Positions 48,349-49,178 of a DNA stretch of 49,178 nt are shown piece after piece (the first letter of the stretch is position 1; each line of letters opens with the position of its first letter). The DNA is from an uncultured Thermococci archaeon (GTDB lineage Archaea > CAYQAE01 > CAYVLA01): positions 1 to 49,178 of the forward strand of contig CAZJVP010000019.1 in NCBI GenBank assembly GCA_964549615.1, given 5' to 3'. The position numbers and the translations under genes are program-made. The notes beneath the pieces are model-generated. The model had not been told where the DNA came from and ran no database searches. It was given only the letters and a program-made list of their open reading frames with translations.

Positions 48349-49178
48349 CCCTTCTGGTGCAGGACAAAGCAGTTACTTGTCGAGAGTTATAAGTTTCCCT
48401 TCGAAGCAGCCAAGGATTCTCAAGCGCCTAGACTGGCATGAGGGCGTGGCCTGACCGATGAGCGCCATGGCTGCCCTTGCTTCCGTCAGTAATCGTCGCA
48501 GGCGTGGTAGGGACAAGCCGAACGGTTCATGTGCGAAGATGATGGCCGCCTCAGATAGCTTCTTTCTGATGCCCAGTTTCTAGATCTCGTTGTCCGCTTG
48601 ATCCTTGCCGTTGTGATCGATTCTGAGCCTTCAGGATGAGCGGATGGATCCTTGGAGGTATCTCCAGACACATTACGTGACGGTCCCACATCCTTAAGCC
48701 TGTTTGAGCCAGGCTGAGTGCCAGCGGGGCCCCGGCCCGGCTGTGAGCTGGTTAAGGAGAGCAAGCCCGCGATGGGGGGATCACCGGTCGGCTCCTGATA
48801 TGAGGACTGAGAAAGGCAAGACCATTCCCGCCAGGACAGGCAGGCCTACGCCCATGGTGAAGCCCCAGGAATCTCGAGGGACCAGATTCGTGCCGCTGAA
48901 ACACCCGTAAGCCGGATCACCAAGCCGCGACCGCATCAGTCCATGAAAGAACAGTGCAGCTCCAGGTTCAATACAACCGGAGCCACCAAAATGGTCGGAA
49001 TCCCAGACTTGCGGCAAAGGTCAAGATGCACGAGACAACCACTCGGAGGACGAACACGGAGCACAAACCACAGGCCCTGTCTGGAGCTTTACGCCGATCT
49101 CCTGAATTCCCCTGCTCCGAGCCAAGCCTGCCTGCCCGCCCCGCGTACGTGCCGTTTGGGAAGAAGAAGGAAATGCAA

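Noticed and set aside
1-49178. Stop-codon recoding (Sec/Pyl), CRISPR arrays, tRNA or rRNA genes, IS elements
   Set aside because: Conserved genes end at expected lengths with all three stop codons; no regular repeats, cloverleafs or transposase motifs seen by eye

Overview
GC-rich chromosomal segment from an archaeon. Evidence for the domain: TFB, TFS, RpoL, Csl4, Dph2, RIO1, archaeal adenylate kinase, eukaryote/archaea-type GlyRS, TATA boxes and GGTGA/GGAGG Shine-Dalgarno (SD) sites. The lineage cannot be fixed by eye. It holds about 55 genes or gene remnants. These include housekeeping genes (trxB, purC, glyS, argF, rbr), the conserved dph2-METTL5-csl4-rpoL-RNase III-like-DUF99-TFS cluster, a sugar-acid/pentose catabolic patch (eda, kdgK, FGGY kinase, two class II aldolases) around tfb, a preQ0 operon (queC-queE-folE2-DUF366-queD), an amidohydrolase pair with a URO-D-family gene, a PIN toxin-antitoxin pair, and a decaying tandem island of surface-protein genes in the last 5 kb. 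I found no rRNA, tRNA, CRISPR array or transposase. Most unusual signals: conserved N-termini reachable only from non-canonical ATC/CTG starts, including the essential glyS; several intact pseudo-enzymes; a lipoprotein signal hidden by two compensating frameshifts; and the uncharacterised DUF366 gene inside the deazaguanine operon. All family calls come from motif recognition, not database searches.
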